Shown: piece after piece, positions 26,809-37,297 of the stretch
Layout of the letters: every line of letters starts with the position of its first letter
Numbering within the stretch: position 1 is the first letter of the stretch
DNA from: Chitinophagaceae bacterium
GTDB lineage: Bacteria; Bacteroidota; Bacteroidia; Chitinophagales; Chitinophagaceae
Reading direction: 5' to 3'
Length of the DNA: 42,775 nucleotides
Assembly (NCBI GenBank): GCA_947452875.1
Contig: CANGEZ010000001.1
Span: 1 to 42,775, forward strand
Notes under the pieces: generated by a model
Database searches by the model: none
What the model saw: only the letters and a program-made list of their open reading frames with translations
Told to the model about the DNA's origin: nothing
Translations under genes and position numbers: made by a program

Positions 26809-28200
26809 TTAATAAGCTTGTTTATCTCCTTTTGAAATGGTGTACACTGTTAAGAATAATATTTTTATATCCAACCAAATATTCCAGTTTTCCAAATACC
26901 ATAAATCATTTTGAACCCTCAACTTGATTTGCTTAGGATCAGTTATTTCACCTCTAAAACCGTTGATTTGTGCCCAACCAGTGATGCCAGGTTTTAAAAA
27001 ATGTCTGATCATATATTGATCTACAATTTGAGAGTAGTCATCGGTATGTTTCAACATATGTGGTCTTGGTCCCACCAAACTCATTTCTCCTTTGAACACA
27101 TTAATAAACTGAGGGAATTCATCCAAGCTGGTTTTCCTTAAAAACTTCCCAACTTTAGTAACTCGCATATCATTTTTGGTAGCTTGTTTCAATTCTGAAT
27201 CTTTATTAGGTTTCATGCTTCTAAACTTCAGACAATTGAAGGGCTGATTGTTTTTGCCTGTTCTTTTTTGTGAAAAGAATATAGCACCTCTGGATTCCAA
27301 CAATATCAATATGGCAACAATAGGAATCAACCATGATAAAATAAATACAATAACAAGACTGCTAACAATAATATCCAACATTCTTTTTTTAACTCGATTG
27401 CCGACATCTTCCAATGGTTCACTTCTTAAAGACAAAACCGGCAAATCCCTTACAAAATCGACAATCACTGGTTTACTGAAAAAATGCGAGAGATTTGGTA
27501 CTACCTTAAATCTTATACATTCATTTTCAGCTTGATTCATCAAATCATATATATAACCATTTTGCTCAGGTGTGATTGTGGAATATATTTCTTGAACATC
27601 ATAATCCTTTGCAACTTGTATTAAATTTTTGATGTTGGAAAGAACAGGGTAGTGGGTGAGTTCCTTTATATTGTGTTCATCTTCCACAAAACCAATAAGA
27701 TTAGTGTTGATTGATTCCTGCTCGAAATACGATGATAGTTTTAAAGCGGTCTCATTATATCCCAAAATAATAACATTATTAACAAGATAATCTTTGGTTT
27801 TGAAATAGTTCCTTATGCCTACGTACAAAAATCTATTAAAAAAAATACCAAATGCAAATGAAATAATAAAAGTAAATACAAAAAACCTAGAGACTTGTAC
27901 TTCTCTGGAAAAGAATAAATACAACAAAACAAAAATTATCCAAAGTAAAAAAACTTGTAGCGTTCTTTTTGTAAAAGATTCGAACTGAAGAATAACCTTT
28001 TCTGAATAATTACCCAATATAGATGAAAACATAGCCCAGGATAAGAAAGAATATGATCCAAACACTAGATAAGCATATGTTGTTGACGTTGATATACGAC
28101 TATGAAAAAGCAATCTAGGAATGATAAAACTAATCACTAGGATTACCAAATCTAGGAAAATCAAATTTACTTGAAGATATCTTTTGAATTGACTATTCAT
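26809..28200 (-). CDS. wcaJ: Undecaprenyl-phosphate glucose phosphotransferase (priming glycosyltransferase)
   Basis: KRMLDI, KFRSM, SLDEFPQFINV.KGEMSLVGPRPH, KPGITGWAQING.RG, DLWY..NW. Confidence 0.9.
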   Translation of the reverse strand: MNSQFKRYLQVNLIFLDLVILVISFIIPRLLFHSRISTSTTYAYLVFGSYSFLSWAMFSSILGNYSEKVILQFESFTKRTLQVFLLWIIFVLLYLFFSREVQVSRFFVFTFIISFAFGIFFNRFLYVGIRNYFKTKDYLVNNVIILGYNETALKLSSYFEQESINTNLIGFVEDEHNIKELTHYPVLSNIKNLIQVAKDYDVQEIYSTITPEQNGYIYDLMNQAENECIRFKVVPNLSHFFSKPVIVDFVRDLPVLSLRSEPLEDVGNRVKKRMLDIIVSSLVIVFILSWLIPIVAILILLESRGAIFFSQKRTGKNNQPFNCLKFRSMKPNKDSELKQATKNDMRVTKVGKFLRKTSLDEFPQFINVFKGEMSLVGPRPHMLKHTDDYSQIVDQYMIRHFLKPGITGWAQINGFRGEITDPKQIKLRVQNDLWYLENWNIWLDIKILFLTVYTISKGDKQAY

Positions 28201-28207
28201 AAATTAT

Positions 28208-29305
28208 TTATTTATTTCCATATAACCTAAAGAGAATCTCAACAATTCTTCCTGAAGTATGTCCATCCCAGAATTGAGGAATGTTACCTTTTTTCCAATT
28301 ATTATCCATGATTTGATTCAAACAATTTTTCAATTTTTCTAAATCATCACCAATGAGCTCGTTAGTTCCCATGGTTATAGTTTCTGGTCTTTCTGTAGAA
28401 TTTCTTAATGTCAAACAAGGGATATCCAACACTGTCGCTTCTTCTGTAATACCACCAGAATCTGTAATAATTCCTTTACAGTTTTTAATCAGATAAATAA
28501 ATTCTAAATAACCTTGCGGGTCGATGAGCTGTAAAGAATCATAAGAAACGTTGAGTTTGTTTAAAATCAATTTTGTTCTAGGATGTACAGCGAATACAAC
28601 AGGGACTGATTTTGCAGAGCTAATAACCGCATCAAGAATAGACTTCAATTTTTCAGGATCATCAACATTAGATGGCCTGTGTAACGTGAGCATGAAATAT
28701 TCTTTTGATTGCAGTTTTATGTCGTCAAAAAATAAAGGCTTTCTGATTTTTTCAAGATTACCATAAAGTGAATCAATCATGGTGTTGCCAACAAAATGAA
28801 TTCTTTCTTTTCCAACCTGCTGAGCCAACAAATTGTTATTTGCAATTTCACTGGTTGTGAAGAAATGATCACAAATGGAGTCGGTTACAATTCTGTTGAT
28901 TTCCTCGGGCATGGTCATATCACCCGAACGGATACCCGCTTCCACATGCACCACATCAATACATAATTTCTTTGCCGTTATGGTACAAGCCATTGTTGAA
29001 GTAACATCACCAACCACTAATACCAGATTCGGTTTATTTTCCATTAACTCTTTTTCAAACTTCACCATGATAGCTGCCGTTTGCTCTGCCTGAGAACCAC
29101 CTCCACATTCTAAATTCACATCAGGATTAGGAATGCCCAATTGTTCAAAAAAATCTCCACTCATGGCCTTGTCATAATGCTGTCCGGTGTGTACTAATCG
29201 ATAAGTAATTTCATTACCCGTCTGATTGTGTTTGATGATTGCTTTTATGATGGGAGCAATCTTCATAAAATTGGGTCTGGCACCGGCGATTATTGTTATT
29301 TTCAT
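28208..29305 (-). CDS. wecB: UDP-N-acetylglucosamine 2-epimerase (non-hydrolysing)
   Basis: GARPNFMK, HTGQHYD, VGDV, HVEAGIRS, PEEINR, TLHRPSN, TDSGGITEE, TERPE. Confidence 0.92.
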   Translation of the reverse strand: MKITIIAGARPNFMKIAPIIKAIIKHNQTGNEITYRLVHTGQHYDKAMSGDFFEQLGIPNPDVNLECGGGSQAEQTAAIMVKFEKELMENKPNLVLVVGDVTSTMACTITAKKLCIDVVHVEAGIRSGDMTMPEEINRIVTDSICDHFFTTSEIANNNLLAQQVGKERIHFVGNTMIDSLYGNLEKIRKPLFFDDIKLQSKEYFMLTLHRPSNVDDPEKLKSILDAVISSAKSVPVVFAVHPRTKLILNKLNVSYDSLQLIDPQGYLEFIYLIKNCKGIITDSGGITEEATVLDIPCLTLRNSTERPETITMGTNELIGDDLEKLKNCLNQIMDNNWKKGNIPQFWDGHTSGRIVEILFRLYGNK

Positions 29306-29341
29306 AAAACTAAATTTATCAGCAATTAATAAAGATTATCA

Positions 29342-30217
29342 TCATTTTGACTTGGCAAATTTTTCATCAAATTCATTGATCAATGAAATCGTTTGAGAAA
29401 TATTTTGTTTAGAAGACGCACCAAACAAAATCGACTCCACATTTGGCAACGAACAAACATATTCAATGGCTTCTTTAGCAGGTATGGCACCACCGCCCAA
29501 AACCTGCATGGCAATAGCTCTAACTTGCTTGGTTCTTAATACATTTTCATACAATTTCATGCCTCCCGACATTCTGAAACCTGCTTTATTAATCGATGAA
29601 CATATAATCGGATTTTTAATGCCTACGCTTTCTAATTTGTCCAACAGCATCGGCATGTTCATGGTGATGTATCCTGGCTCAGCATTGTACTTTTTAATTA
29701 CATAATCGTGATAGGCTTTTAATATATCTTTCATATCCAATCCCAACAATAAATCTGTAATTACATTCTGAAGAAAAATCACAGGCGTGTTGATGTTCTT
29801 GAACATTTTCATTTCTGCATCGATCAACAATTCCATGATGGAAATATAATCTTTAGAAACAAAAGCCATTCCTCCTTTAAAAATTGAGCCGAAAAAATTT
29901 CCGGGTACATAATGTTTGATAGTTCCCATGATTCCCAATTCTGTAACAGCATTAGCATACTTATGTGCATAAGGCATACATGGATAAATGGAAAACTTAC
30001 TGTACTTGTCGGGTTCGGCACGTACCATGTCGCAGATGTTATAAATTCTATCATGCGTTGTACACATAAAAGTTTCAACACATAAGTTTCTGGAAATATC
30101 AATGGTATCCAAAATGGTTTTATCCTCTTTAAATTTAATGGATTGAGCTCTCGACTTTTCATCCGAAATATGGTTCACAGCAAAAAACTGATTGTCACCA
30201 AATAATATTCTATCCAT
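29342..30217 (-). CDS. Uncharacterised protein, probable aldo/keto-reductase-like TIM barrel
   Basis: ILFGDNQF start, AMQVLGGG and ILFGASS..NI end resemble AKR strands; the core is divergent. Confidence 0.55.
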   Translation of the reverse strand: MDRILFGDNQFFAVNHISDEKSRAQSIKFKEDKTILDTIDISRNLCVETFMCTTHDRIYNICDMVRAEPDKYSKFSIYPCMPYAHKYANAVTELGIMGTIKHYVPGNFFGSIFKGGMAFVSKDYISIMELLIDAEMKMFKNINTPVIFLQNVITDLLLGLDMKDILKAYHDYVIKKYNAEPGYITMNMPMLLDKLESVGIKNPIICSSINKAGFRMSGGMKLYENVLRTKQVRAIAMQVLGGGAIPAKEAIEYVCSLPNVESILFGASSKQNISQTISLINEFDEKFAKSK

Positions 30218-30221
30218 ATTC

Positions 30222-31232
30222 TTAATTTTTTTTGTTTTTGATTAAAGAGATTGCATAGTCTGTATTCCAGGCACTTTCGAATGAGTTCTTTTCATTCGGG
30301 CCTTTACCGGCAACAGCATTGATAAAGTAGTCGATCTGTGCAGAATACTCTTCTCCACGTAAATAGAAATCAACACTAGGTGTAAGCTCTGTAATATATT
30401 TTATGTTCCAGCCTTTCGAATATCCTTCAGGTACATCATCAGATTTCAAAAAAACTTTAAGCTCAGAAGCATCAGAAATAATCTTTCCTTTAGAACCGAT
30501 GATGGTGATTCCTGTCGACATTTTCCGATGTGTTTCATCACTCCAATTGACAGACAAAACTCCACTCACATTATTACTCGTTTCCAATAAAGAATAAACA
30601 GCATCTTCTACTTGTGTTGAATAGATTGATTTCAACAAGCTGCCATGAACTTTGGTAATTGGTGATACCAAGTAATTAATCAAATCAATGACATGAGATG
30701 CATAGTCCATCAAACACCCGCCACCTTCTTCAGGATCAGAGCGCCATGTTTCTTGTTTTTTTCTAACAACAACCGGCCCATAAGCTTCGCCAATAAAATG
30801 GTTAAGTTCTCCCAATGCACCGCTATTGACTAATCTCTTAACCTCTTCGAAAGTGCCAACAAATTTATTGTGGTAGCCAACTTGATTGACCAATCCTTTT
30901 CCTTTAGCCAATCTGATGAGGTTTTCACCTTGTGTCGCATTCAAACAAAAAGGCTTTTCAACAAAAACATGAATGTTTCTATTGAGCAATTCTTCAACAA
31001 AAGAAGCATGAAATTTAGTAGGTACTGATACAAAAACAGCATCAGGCTTTACTTCATCCAGCATTTTCTTGAAGTCCGTAAATGTTTTCATTCCTGAATA
31101 TTTCTCCAACACATCATTTACAATTTTAGAAGTATCTGCCACACCAACAATTTGTACCATTGGATGAGCTCCTAAAATTGAAAGGTGCGAAATACCCATT
31201 TTACCGGCACCGATTAAAGCAACTTTTATCAT
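30222..31232 (-). CDS. Gfo/Idh/MocA family NAD(P)-dependent oxidoreductase
   Basis: IGAGKMG, HVFVEKP, VGY..KF, GGG.LMDYASH.ID. Confidence 0.93.
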   Translation of the reverse strand: MIKVALIGAGKMGISHLSILGAHPMVQIVGVADTSKIVNDVLEKYSGMKTFTDFKKMLDEVKPDAVFVSVPTKFHASFVEELLNRNIHVFVEKPFCLNATQGENLIRLAKGKGLVNQVGYHNKFVGTFEEVKRLVNSGALGELNHFIGEAYGPVVVRKKQETWRSDPEEGGGCLMDYASHVIDLINYLVSPITKVHGSLLKSIYSTQVEDAVYSLLETSNNVSGVLSVNWSDETHRKMSTGITIIGSKGKIISDASELKVFLKSDDVPEGYSKGWNIKYITELTPSVDFYLRGEEYSAQIDYFINAVAGKGPNEKNSFESAWNTDYAISLIKNKKN

Positions 31233-32257
31233 TGTTTTTTAAATTTTAAAATTTGTTTTTTAAATAAATCATAAGCTTGTTTTCCTTTGTCCATCAATTC
31301 AAGAGAAGGAGGCTGATTTTCCAAACTATCAATAAACTTTTCTAATTTTTGAGCGGTTAAGGAAGGTTCATGTAGCATCAATCCTTGCTTTAATAAATAA
31401 CCATCAACATCCAGTAATTCATCTTGATAAACTGAAATGGTAGGAATCCCCAAAATGGCTAACTCTCTTGTCATTGAGCCACCAGCACCAATAAACACTG
31501 TACATTTAGCAGCAATCTCATCAAAACCCATCGGCTTCTCAGGTACATGTACACCTGTAAATTTTGCTTGAGAATAATGTTCAGATTGATTTTTATCTCG
31601 TGGTAAAACTGTAATACTATATTTATCTTTTAATTCAATAATGGTATCATCTAGGAAATTTTGTTTGCCTTTGTAATACTGAGCTGTTTGTGGTTCTGGT
31701 CGAATGAAAATAGCAATTTGCCCACTTGTATTCAATTTTCTTTCATGTTGAATTTTCTCGCCTTTGCTCCACAAATAAATACCTTCTTTTACGCCCGGGT
31801 ATTGAATAACCTTTTTTGCAGATACGCCCCATTTTGCCACTTTTTCAACTGCTAAATTTTCAGGTATTAAAATCTGCGATGCAAAAATAAAACTGGGTTT
31901 ATTGCCCATCGCGTGTTCATTGTCGTTAGTGTAGATTGAAGGCACGCCCAACAGCCAAGCAGTCAAAGGCGAATGAAATGAACTTTGAGATATGGCTAAA
32001 TCAATTTTTTTATCTTTTAGAAAAGACCTCAATTGCATGACACGAATCGGATAACCAAACATCTTTTTGTAAATATTCTTTCCGTAATGTTCTCCAATAA
32101 TCGTGTGTTTGAGGCCACGCTGATCAAGTAACTGAACCGTATTTGCAAGAGGCCTCGAAGTAATAATAACTTCATGACCATCTGATTCAAGATCTCTGAT
32201 AAGATCATGAAACATATTGATGTGCGGCGAGTTAGATAAATCGAACCAGATTCTCAT
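31229..32257 (-). CDS. DUF354 family protein (GT-B-like fold)
   Basis: IWFDLSNSPH, DNEHA, GVKE, RPEP..A.Y, GAGGSMTRELAILGIPTIS. Confidence 0.85.
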   Translation of the reverse strand: MRIWFDLSNSPHINMFHDLIRDLESDGHEVIITSRPLANTVQLLDQRGLKHTIIGEHYGKNIYKKMFGYPIRVMQLRSFLKDKKIDLAISQSSFHSPLTAWLLGVPSIYTNDNEHAMGNKPSFIFASQILIPENLAVEKVAKWGVSAKKVIQYPGVKEGIYLWSKGEKIQHERKLNTSGQIAIFIRPEPQTAQYYKGKQNFLDDTIIELKDKYSITVLPRDKNQSEHYSQAKFTGVHVPEKPMGFDEIAAKCTVFIGAGGSMTRELAILGIPTISVYQDELLDVDGYLLKQGLMLHEPSLTAQKLEKFIDSLENQPPSLELMDKGKQAYDLFKKQILKFKKQ

Positions 32258-32268
32258 TTGTTATTAAT

Positions 32269-33459
32269 TTAAATGGTTTCGTTTTCAGGTAAAAAATGAT
32301 GTAAATAAATACTCATCGATAAAAACATCCATGCCTGCGACCAACGCATATATGGAATTTTAGACGTTATGTATTTATTGATCTGATAATAGAAATAACC
32401 TTTTTTTGTTTGCATATTTTTGATCGTCCAGCCAATCACTTTATCTGTCAGTTCTTTATACTCATCTAATTTGTTTAACTTCTTTAAAGTAATGACCAAT
32501 TGAGAAGGTGCATGAATATCAATGGGATAAATGCTGTTGTTGTAATATTTCGCAATGCCTTCGGAAGTAAAGAATGTGTTGATATAATAATCAAAACCTT
32601 TATTCAAATTTGTCTGATATTTATAATCACCAGAATACTTCATATAATCAGCAATGCATTCTAAATTATATCCTGTATGAAAATTATCAATCCACTGGTG
32701 AAAGGGGAGCGTACCATAACTCCAAGAACCATCTGGTTTCTGAAATTCACAACAATATTCAATAACCGGCTTTGCAGTCTCAATCAAATTTTCTTCTTTG
32801 GTAATGGAATATATTCTAGCCAACAATCTCGCACCTAAAAGTGATGCATTAAAAACAACGCTGTTATCTAATGGCGAATAAGAAAAGGCGTAACCTCCTT
32901 TAATATTAGAAGTTCTGTTTAAATCTTTAATAATAAAATCACAAGTGCTTCTTGCCATTTGTAAAGCTTCTTTATTACCTGTTGTTTCGTAAGCATCTAG
33001 TAATGCATTAGCAATAAATGAAGAAGCAACAATGGTGGGCGTAAATTTTGGTTGAAAAAATGCTCTTGATTCCCAATCAAAATTATAACCCCAGCAAGCA
33101 CCAGCATATCCTTGTGTTTGTGTTTCTTTTATTTTAGAAATAAAGAAATCTATTTTTTTAAGATACTCCGGATTTTTATCGTGTTGATACAATTCACAAT
33201 AAGCAGTCAAGAACAATCCAATGGCTTTAGGATTATAATCATGCTTGATGCCGACTAAACTTCTAAGATTCAATGGAGACCGCTTAAAAAACTGAATCCA
33301 AACCAATCTTGCCAATCTGCTTTTTTTAATAAAAGGAATTGACTGAAACAATGTACTGTTCAACCCATCATAAGGATCATAGCCTTTAAATGCAGCATCT
33401 TCGCAATACTGCTTTAAAATCTTGAATGATTGATGTATGGTATTCTTGTTTGAATTCAT
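32269..33459 (-). CDS. Uncharacterised (alpha/alpha)6-barrel protein (six-hairpin glycosidase/epimerase-like)
   Basis: GYDPYDGLNS, CWGYNFDW, FSYSP, VFNAS.LG, DGSW.YG, WIDNFHTGY, YPIDIH, YMRW.QAW. Confidence 0.65.
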   Translation of the reverse strand: MNSNKNTIHQSFKILKQYCEDAAFKGYDPYDGLNSTLFQSIPFIKKSRLARLVWIQFFKRSPLNLRSLVGIKHDYNPKAIGLFLTAYCELYQHDKNPEYLKKIDFFISKIKETQTQGYAGACWGYNFDWESRAFFQPKFTPTIVASSFIANALLDAYETTGNKEALQMARSTCDFIIKDLNRTSNIKGGYAFSYSPLDNSVVFNASLLGARLLARIYSITKEENLIETAKPVIEYCCEFQKPDGSWSYGTLPFHQWIDNFHTGYNLECIADYMKYSGDYKYQTNLNKGFDYYINTFFTSEGIAKYYNNSIYPIDIHAPSQLVITLKKLNKLDEYKELTDKVIGWTIKNMQTKKGYFYYQINKYITSKIPYMRWSQAWMFLSMSIYLHHFLPENETI

Positions 33460-33460
33460 G

Positions 33461-34516
33461 TTAATTATTGTTCATCACTTCAGTGAATAAATCTTTGTAA
33501 TATTTTTTATCCTCACTGATAAGATTTGAAGTTTGACTTTTCGTATTTAATTTCACCTCATTAATTGCTGATGTTATTTTAATTTTCAAATCTTCATTAT
33601 TTCTTGTTTTAAATAAAACCGTTCCCTCTGGTCTCGTAACAACATCTGAGGCAATAACAGTTTTTCCAAGAAACAAACCTTCCCTAATCGTCAAGGCATC
33701 TCCATCAGTATTTGTGGGCCTAACTACAATATCAGATGCCGCAATAAGATTCACAAATGAAATTTCCTGATTCAATAACAAGAAATAGTCTTGCATATTG
33801 TTGTCACCAATATATTTTTCGGCTGCCTCAAATTTATCGCTGCCTTCATCAAGTGAAGTGACTATGAAAACAAACAAGTGTAATTGATGATTTTCATGCA
33901 ATGATTTTGACAATACCAGACACATGTCAAGACCATATAAATCCTCACTGTTGAAGGTGTTCAGTCTAGATGCATTACCACAGATAATGGTTTTGTTTTC
34001 TTTTTTTGCTGTTGCAATTTTATCTGAAATGTAAGAAGGCAAAGGCGATTCTTTATCCATTACTGGAGGAAGAAAAGCATGTTTCACTTCACACTTGTTT
34101 GGTTTTAAATTTAGTTTTGGAGCAATTTGATTATTGACAAGAATAATCTTATCAGATAAATTGAAAAAGAAAGAATCCAATTTTCTATAAAAGGGATTTC
34201 TTTCATTGCCGTAACCATGAAGGGTGATGATAATATTTTTACGTAATAATTTCCCTGTTAGAATATGTAGTTTTTTGAAATATTTATTTCCACTATGAAT
34301 GAAAAACAAATCTGATTGAGTAATCAATTTGATGTAGCTAAATAAATTTAAAGAACGAATGTTGAACACATTTTGTTTAGTGTTTGACGCTTCATCAATG
34401 AAAGAAAATACAAACTCATCTTTAAGCAGCTGTTCAAGTCTGTAAATATGAATACTAATACCTCCGGCAGGAGGGAGTATCGGCCCTGCAATCAATATGT
34501 TTTTTTTCTTGTTCAT
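33461..34516 (-). CDS. Glycosyltransferase family 4
   Basis: PPAGGISIH, TLHG, RPT..DG..LTIREG...G..VIASD. Confidence 0.85.
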   Translation of the reverse strand: MNKKKNILIAGPILPPAGGISIHIYRLEQLLKDEFVFSFIDEASNTKQNVFNIRSLNLFSYIKLITQSDLFFIHSGNKYFKKLHILTGKLLRKNIIITLHGYGNERNPFYRKLDSFFFNLSDKIILVNNQIAPKLNLKPNKCEVKHAFLPPVMDKESPLPSYISDKIATAKKENKTIICGNASRLNTFNSEDLYGLDMCLVLSKSLHENHQLHLFVFIVTSLDEGSDKFEAAEKYIGDNNMQDYFLLLNQEISFVNLIAASDIVVRPTNTDGDALTIREGLFLGKTVIASDVVTRPEGTVLFKTRNNEDLKIKITSAINEVKLNTKSQTSNLISEDKKYYKDLFTEVMNNN

Positions 34517-34538
34517 TCAGAGGTAATATAAACCACTT

Positions 34539-35807
34539 TTATTGTGGTCTATTTTTTACTATTAACTGGTATTTCCCGTTTTTAGGAACTACAATATCTT
34601 CTTTTTTTGAATAAGTGAAAAAGAACGGAGTTTCAGTACCAACCATTCTTATAAAATTAGCTCGCAATTGTTCTTCATCAGACTTACTGAAATTTTGATT
34701 CACTATTATCTTTACATCAATTGGATTGAAAGTATCATATTGATGGACCTGAGCCATCTCAAGATCTTTCACCCCTTTAAAAGCATGATCAATACAACCC
34801 ACCACACTGCCATCAGTCAATATTAAATTATCACTTGCCCTGCCTGTAATTTTTTCAACTTGAGGATGAAGTAAATTATTTTCAAATCCAGTTGATTTTA
34901 AATTGATAATGTCATCCACTTTATATCTTATCAATGGAAAATGATTATTAGTAAGCGATGTGGTTACTACATTTTTTTCATTAAACTCATTTATAGAATA
35001 CAAAGGCAAAGGATAGTAATCCATTTTAGCATTTTGTGCCAATAGGATTGTTCTTTCTGCATTACCATACCAATCGTGAATGGTGGTATTTAAGAACGGC
35101 TCTACTTTTTCACGTTGAAAATCCATTAAAGTTTCGGAAGAGGTAAAACAATTATTAACTTGTAAGCTCAACCCTTTTTTCTCCAATTCAATACAGAATT
35201 TATACAAATAACTTGGGAAGGCTTCTATGGCAACTGGTCCAAATTTATTGACCAGATCATAATACATTTCAATCGTTTGTTCGTTAATGTTAGGACTTGA
35301 AATGTATAGGATATTAGCTTTTTTAAAATGATGATAAGGAGTGCTTTTACCTAGCATTCCTCTAATCGACAATAAGGGTTGCCCCAATTTATATCCAAAC
35401 ATTTCCCTGTAGTGTCTGATATACGCCTGTTCTGTAGCGATGTCAAATGCCGTGCGGTATAACGTAAGGGGAGTGCCGGAAGTACCACTGGTTAATCCAA
35501 TAACCTTCATAAAATCAAAACCAATAAAAATTTTATCGACATGTTCTCTAATTGTAGTTTTTTCGATTATTGGTAATTTATTGATATCAGATAAATCTTT
35601 TACCGAGTTGATAGTAATGCCGTGAGAGCCATAAAGATTTTTGTAAAATGGAGATTTGGTTATAGCTGTTTTAAATTGAGCTACAAATCTTTCGTTGTAT
35701 AAATCAAGCAGTTTGCCGTCTGATAATTGGTAATAATTATCAATCTGTTTATACTTTCTTAATGTAAGAATATTGTTCTTACTGTAATATTTAAAAAAAT
35801 CGTTCAT
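34539..35807 (-). CDS. CapK-like adenylate-forming (phenylacetate-CoA-ligase family) protein
   Basis: TSGTSGTP, FPS, WYGNAE, PLIRY..DD, GR. Confidence 0.85.
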   Translation of the reverse strand: MNDFFKYYSKNNILTLRKYKQIDNYYQLSDGKLLDLYNERFVAQFKTAITKSPFYKNLYGSHGITINSVKDLSDINKLPIIEKTTIREHVDKIFIGFDFMKVIGLTSGTSGTPLTLYRTAFDIATEQAYIRHYREMFGYKLGQPLLSIRGMLGKSTPYHHFKKANILYISSPNINEQTIEMYYDLVNKFGPVAIEAFPSYLYKFCIELEKKGLSLQVNNCFTSSETLMDFQREKVEPFLNTTIHDWYGNAERTILLAQNAKMDYYPLPLYSINEFNEKNVVTTSLTNNHFPLIRYKVDDIINLKSTGFENNLLHPQVEKITGRASDNLILTDGSVVGCIDHAFKGVKDLEMAQVHQYDTFNPIDVKIIVNQNFSKSDEEQLRANFIRMVGTETPFFFTYSKKEDIVVPKNGKYQLIVKNRPQ

Positions 35808-36108
35808 TAGTCGAGGTAAGTACAGCCTTTTTCAAAGCTGTTATATTACAAGTTAATTAATCAAATTGAAGTGTAAAGCCTTATTTTTTGATTAATTTTC
35901 TTGAAATAAAAGTTATTTAATGTTCAACAGGTTAATAATCATTATCAAACCATCAATAACTATAACGTCATTTGAGATATTTATTGTATGTATGGTGTAA
36001 TAAAATATCTAATTTAAAAGAACAAACAACATTAATCTATAGGTTTTAAACTAGTTATAATTTTGGATTTTAGAATATGTATGCTAAAAAGCGGGGATAA
36101 AGAGATGA

Positions 36109-37275
36109 TTAACTGTTTAATACTTGTTGATAAAAACCAATTGTTTTTTCAGCAACTTCGTTACAATGATAACCAGATACTGCAAATTCTTTAGCTTTTT
36201 TACCAATATTGATTACAAGCTGATCATTATGATAAAGTAATTTGAGGATATTGTATAAAGCATGAGTATCGGATAAATTGAATAAAAAACCATTTTGTTG
36301 GTGTTCAATCATTTCAGGAATTCCACCTACAGCAGAGGAAACTATTACTTTTCCGGCAGCCATATTCTCAGCAATTACCATAGGCAAAGTTTCCTGAAAT
36401 GAAGGTATGACAAGTATATTTGAATCTGCAATGTAATTGATGGCATCATCTTGATTAACCCAGCCTCGAAAATGAACATAATTTTTCAATTTTGAATTGT
36501 CCATGTAATCTTCAATCAAATTTTCATAATCCTTGTCTTTGTAACCGCCTAATACGTTAAGTGTAAAAAAAATATTTTCATCTTGCAAACGAGAAATTGT
36601 TTGTAATAAATGAATTAAATTTTTTCGATTATTGATAACACCAATATAAAGTAATTGATTTTGGGTTTTATTTGATAATGGGATATTGAAGTAAGCCGGT
36701 CTTAAAGCGTTGGGAATTAAAGCAGCGTTATTTATCTTCTTTGAAAAATGTTTTTGTTTTGAAGATTCAGAAATATAAACAATGTTTTTAATTGGCAATA
36801 AGTCATTAATAAAACCATTAAACCAAAAAGTAACTTTATCTTTTATAGAGGTTTTTGTTTTAAGTTCTTCAAATGCAAATGCATGAATGGTTAAAATAGA
36901 TTTCAGCCCAAGAGTTCCAAACAATCTTGTAAACATTAAAGTATTACCTGTTTGAAAATGTAAGATATCAGGCTTAAATTCTTTTATGTTGTTTTTTAAG
37001 ATAATCGAACCCTTGAATAAATAATTTAAAGAATGAAAGGGGAATGGCCCTTCGGGTTCATAAACAATTTCAATGCTATCGCTGAACTTAAAGACTTGTC
37101 TGGATACAATATCATTATTAAAAGACAATACTCTTATGCAGATGTCCTTTGATAAAAAACCATGAAGTAAATTGGACACAGCTGCATGAACACCACCTTT
37201 GATACTATTTATATCTAAAGGGAAGCCAGGCAACACAATTAAAACTTTTAAATTATCGATAGTTTTTAATTTCAA
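36109..37275 (-). CDS. Glycosyltransferase family 4
   Basis: GGV, TIH, RKN, PS..ETLPMVIAENMAAG..VGGIPE; TTG start. Confidence 0.9.
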   Translation of the reverse strand: MKLKTIDNLKVLIVLPGFPLDINSIKGGVHAAVSNLLHGFLSKDICIRVLSFNNDIVSRQVFKFSDSIEIVYEPEGPFPFHSLNYLFKGSIILKNNIKEFKPDILHFQTGNTLMFTRLFGTLGLKSILTIHAFAFEELKTKTSIKDKVTFWFNGFINDLLPIKNIVYISESSKQKHFSKKINNAALIPNALRPAYFNIPLSNKTQNQLLYIGVINNRKNLIHLLQTISRLQDENIFFTLNVLGGYKDKDYENLIEDYMDNSKLKNYVHFRGWVNQDDAINYIADSNILVIPSFQETLPMVIAENMAAGKVIVSSAVGGIPEMIEHQQNGFLFNLSDTHALYNILKLLYHNDQLVINIGKKAKEFAVSGYHCNEVAEKTIGFYQQVLNS

Positions 37276-37297
37276 TTTTTATGGCATTGTTTGATTT

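Noticed and set aside
28208-31232. WbpB/WbpI-type diacetamido-uronic acid pathway
   Set aside because: The required aminotransferase, acetyltransferase and 6-dehydrogenase are not in the window
32269-33459. 'Delta-aminolevulinic acid dehydratase' label that I recall on similar proteins
   Set aside because: No HemB motifs; helical-barrel pattern and glycan context
34539-35807. paaK phenylacetate catabolism
   Set aside because: No paa genes nearby; the context fits CapK-like polysaccharide proteins
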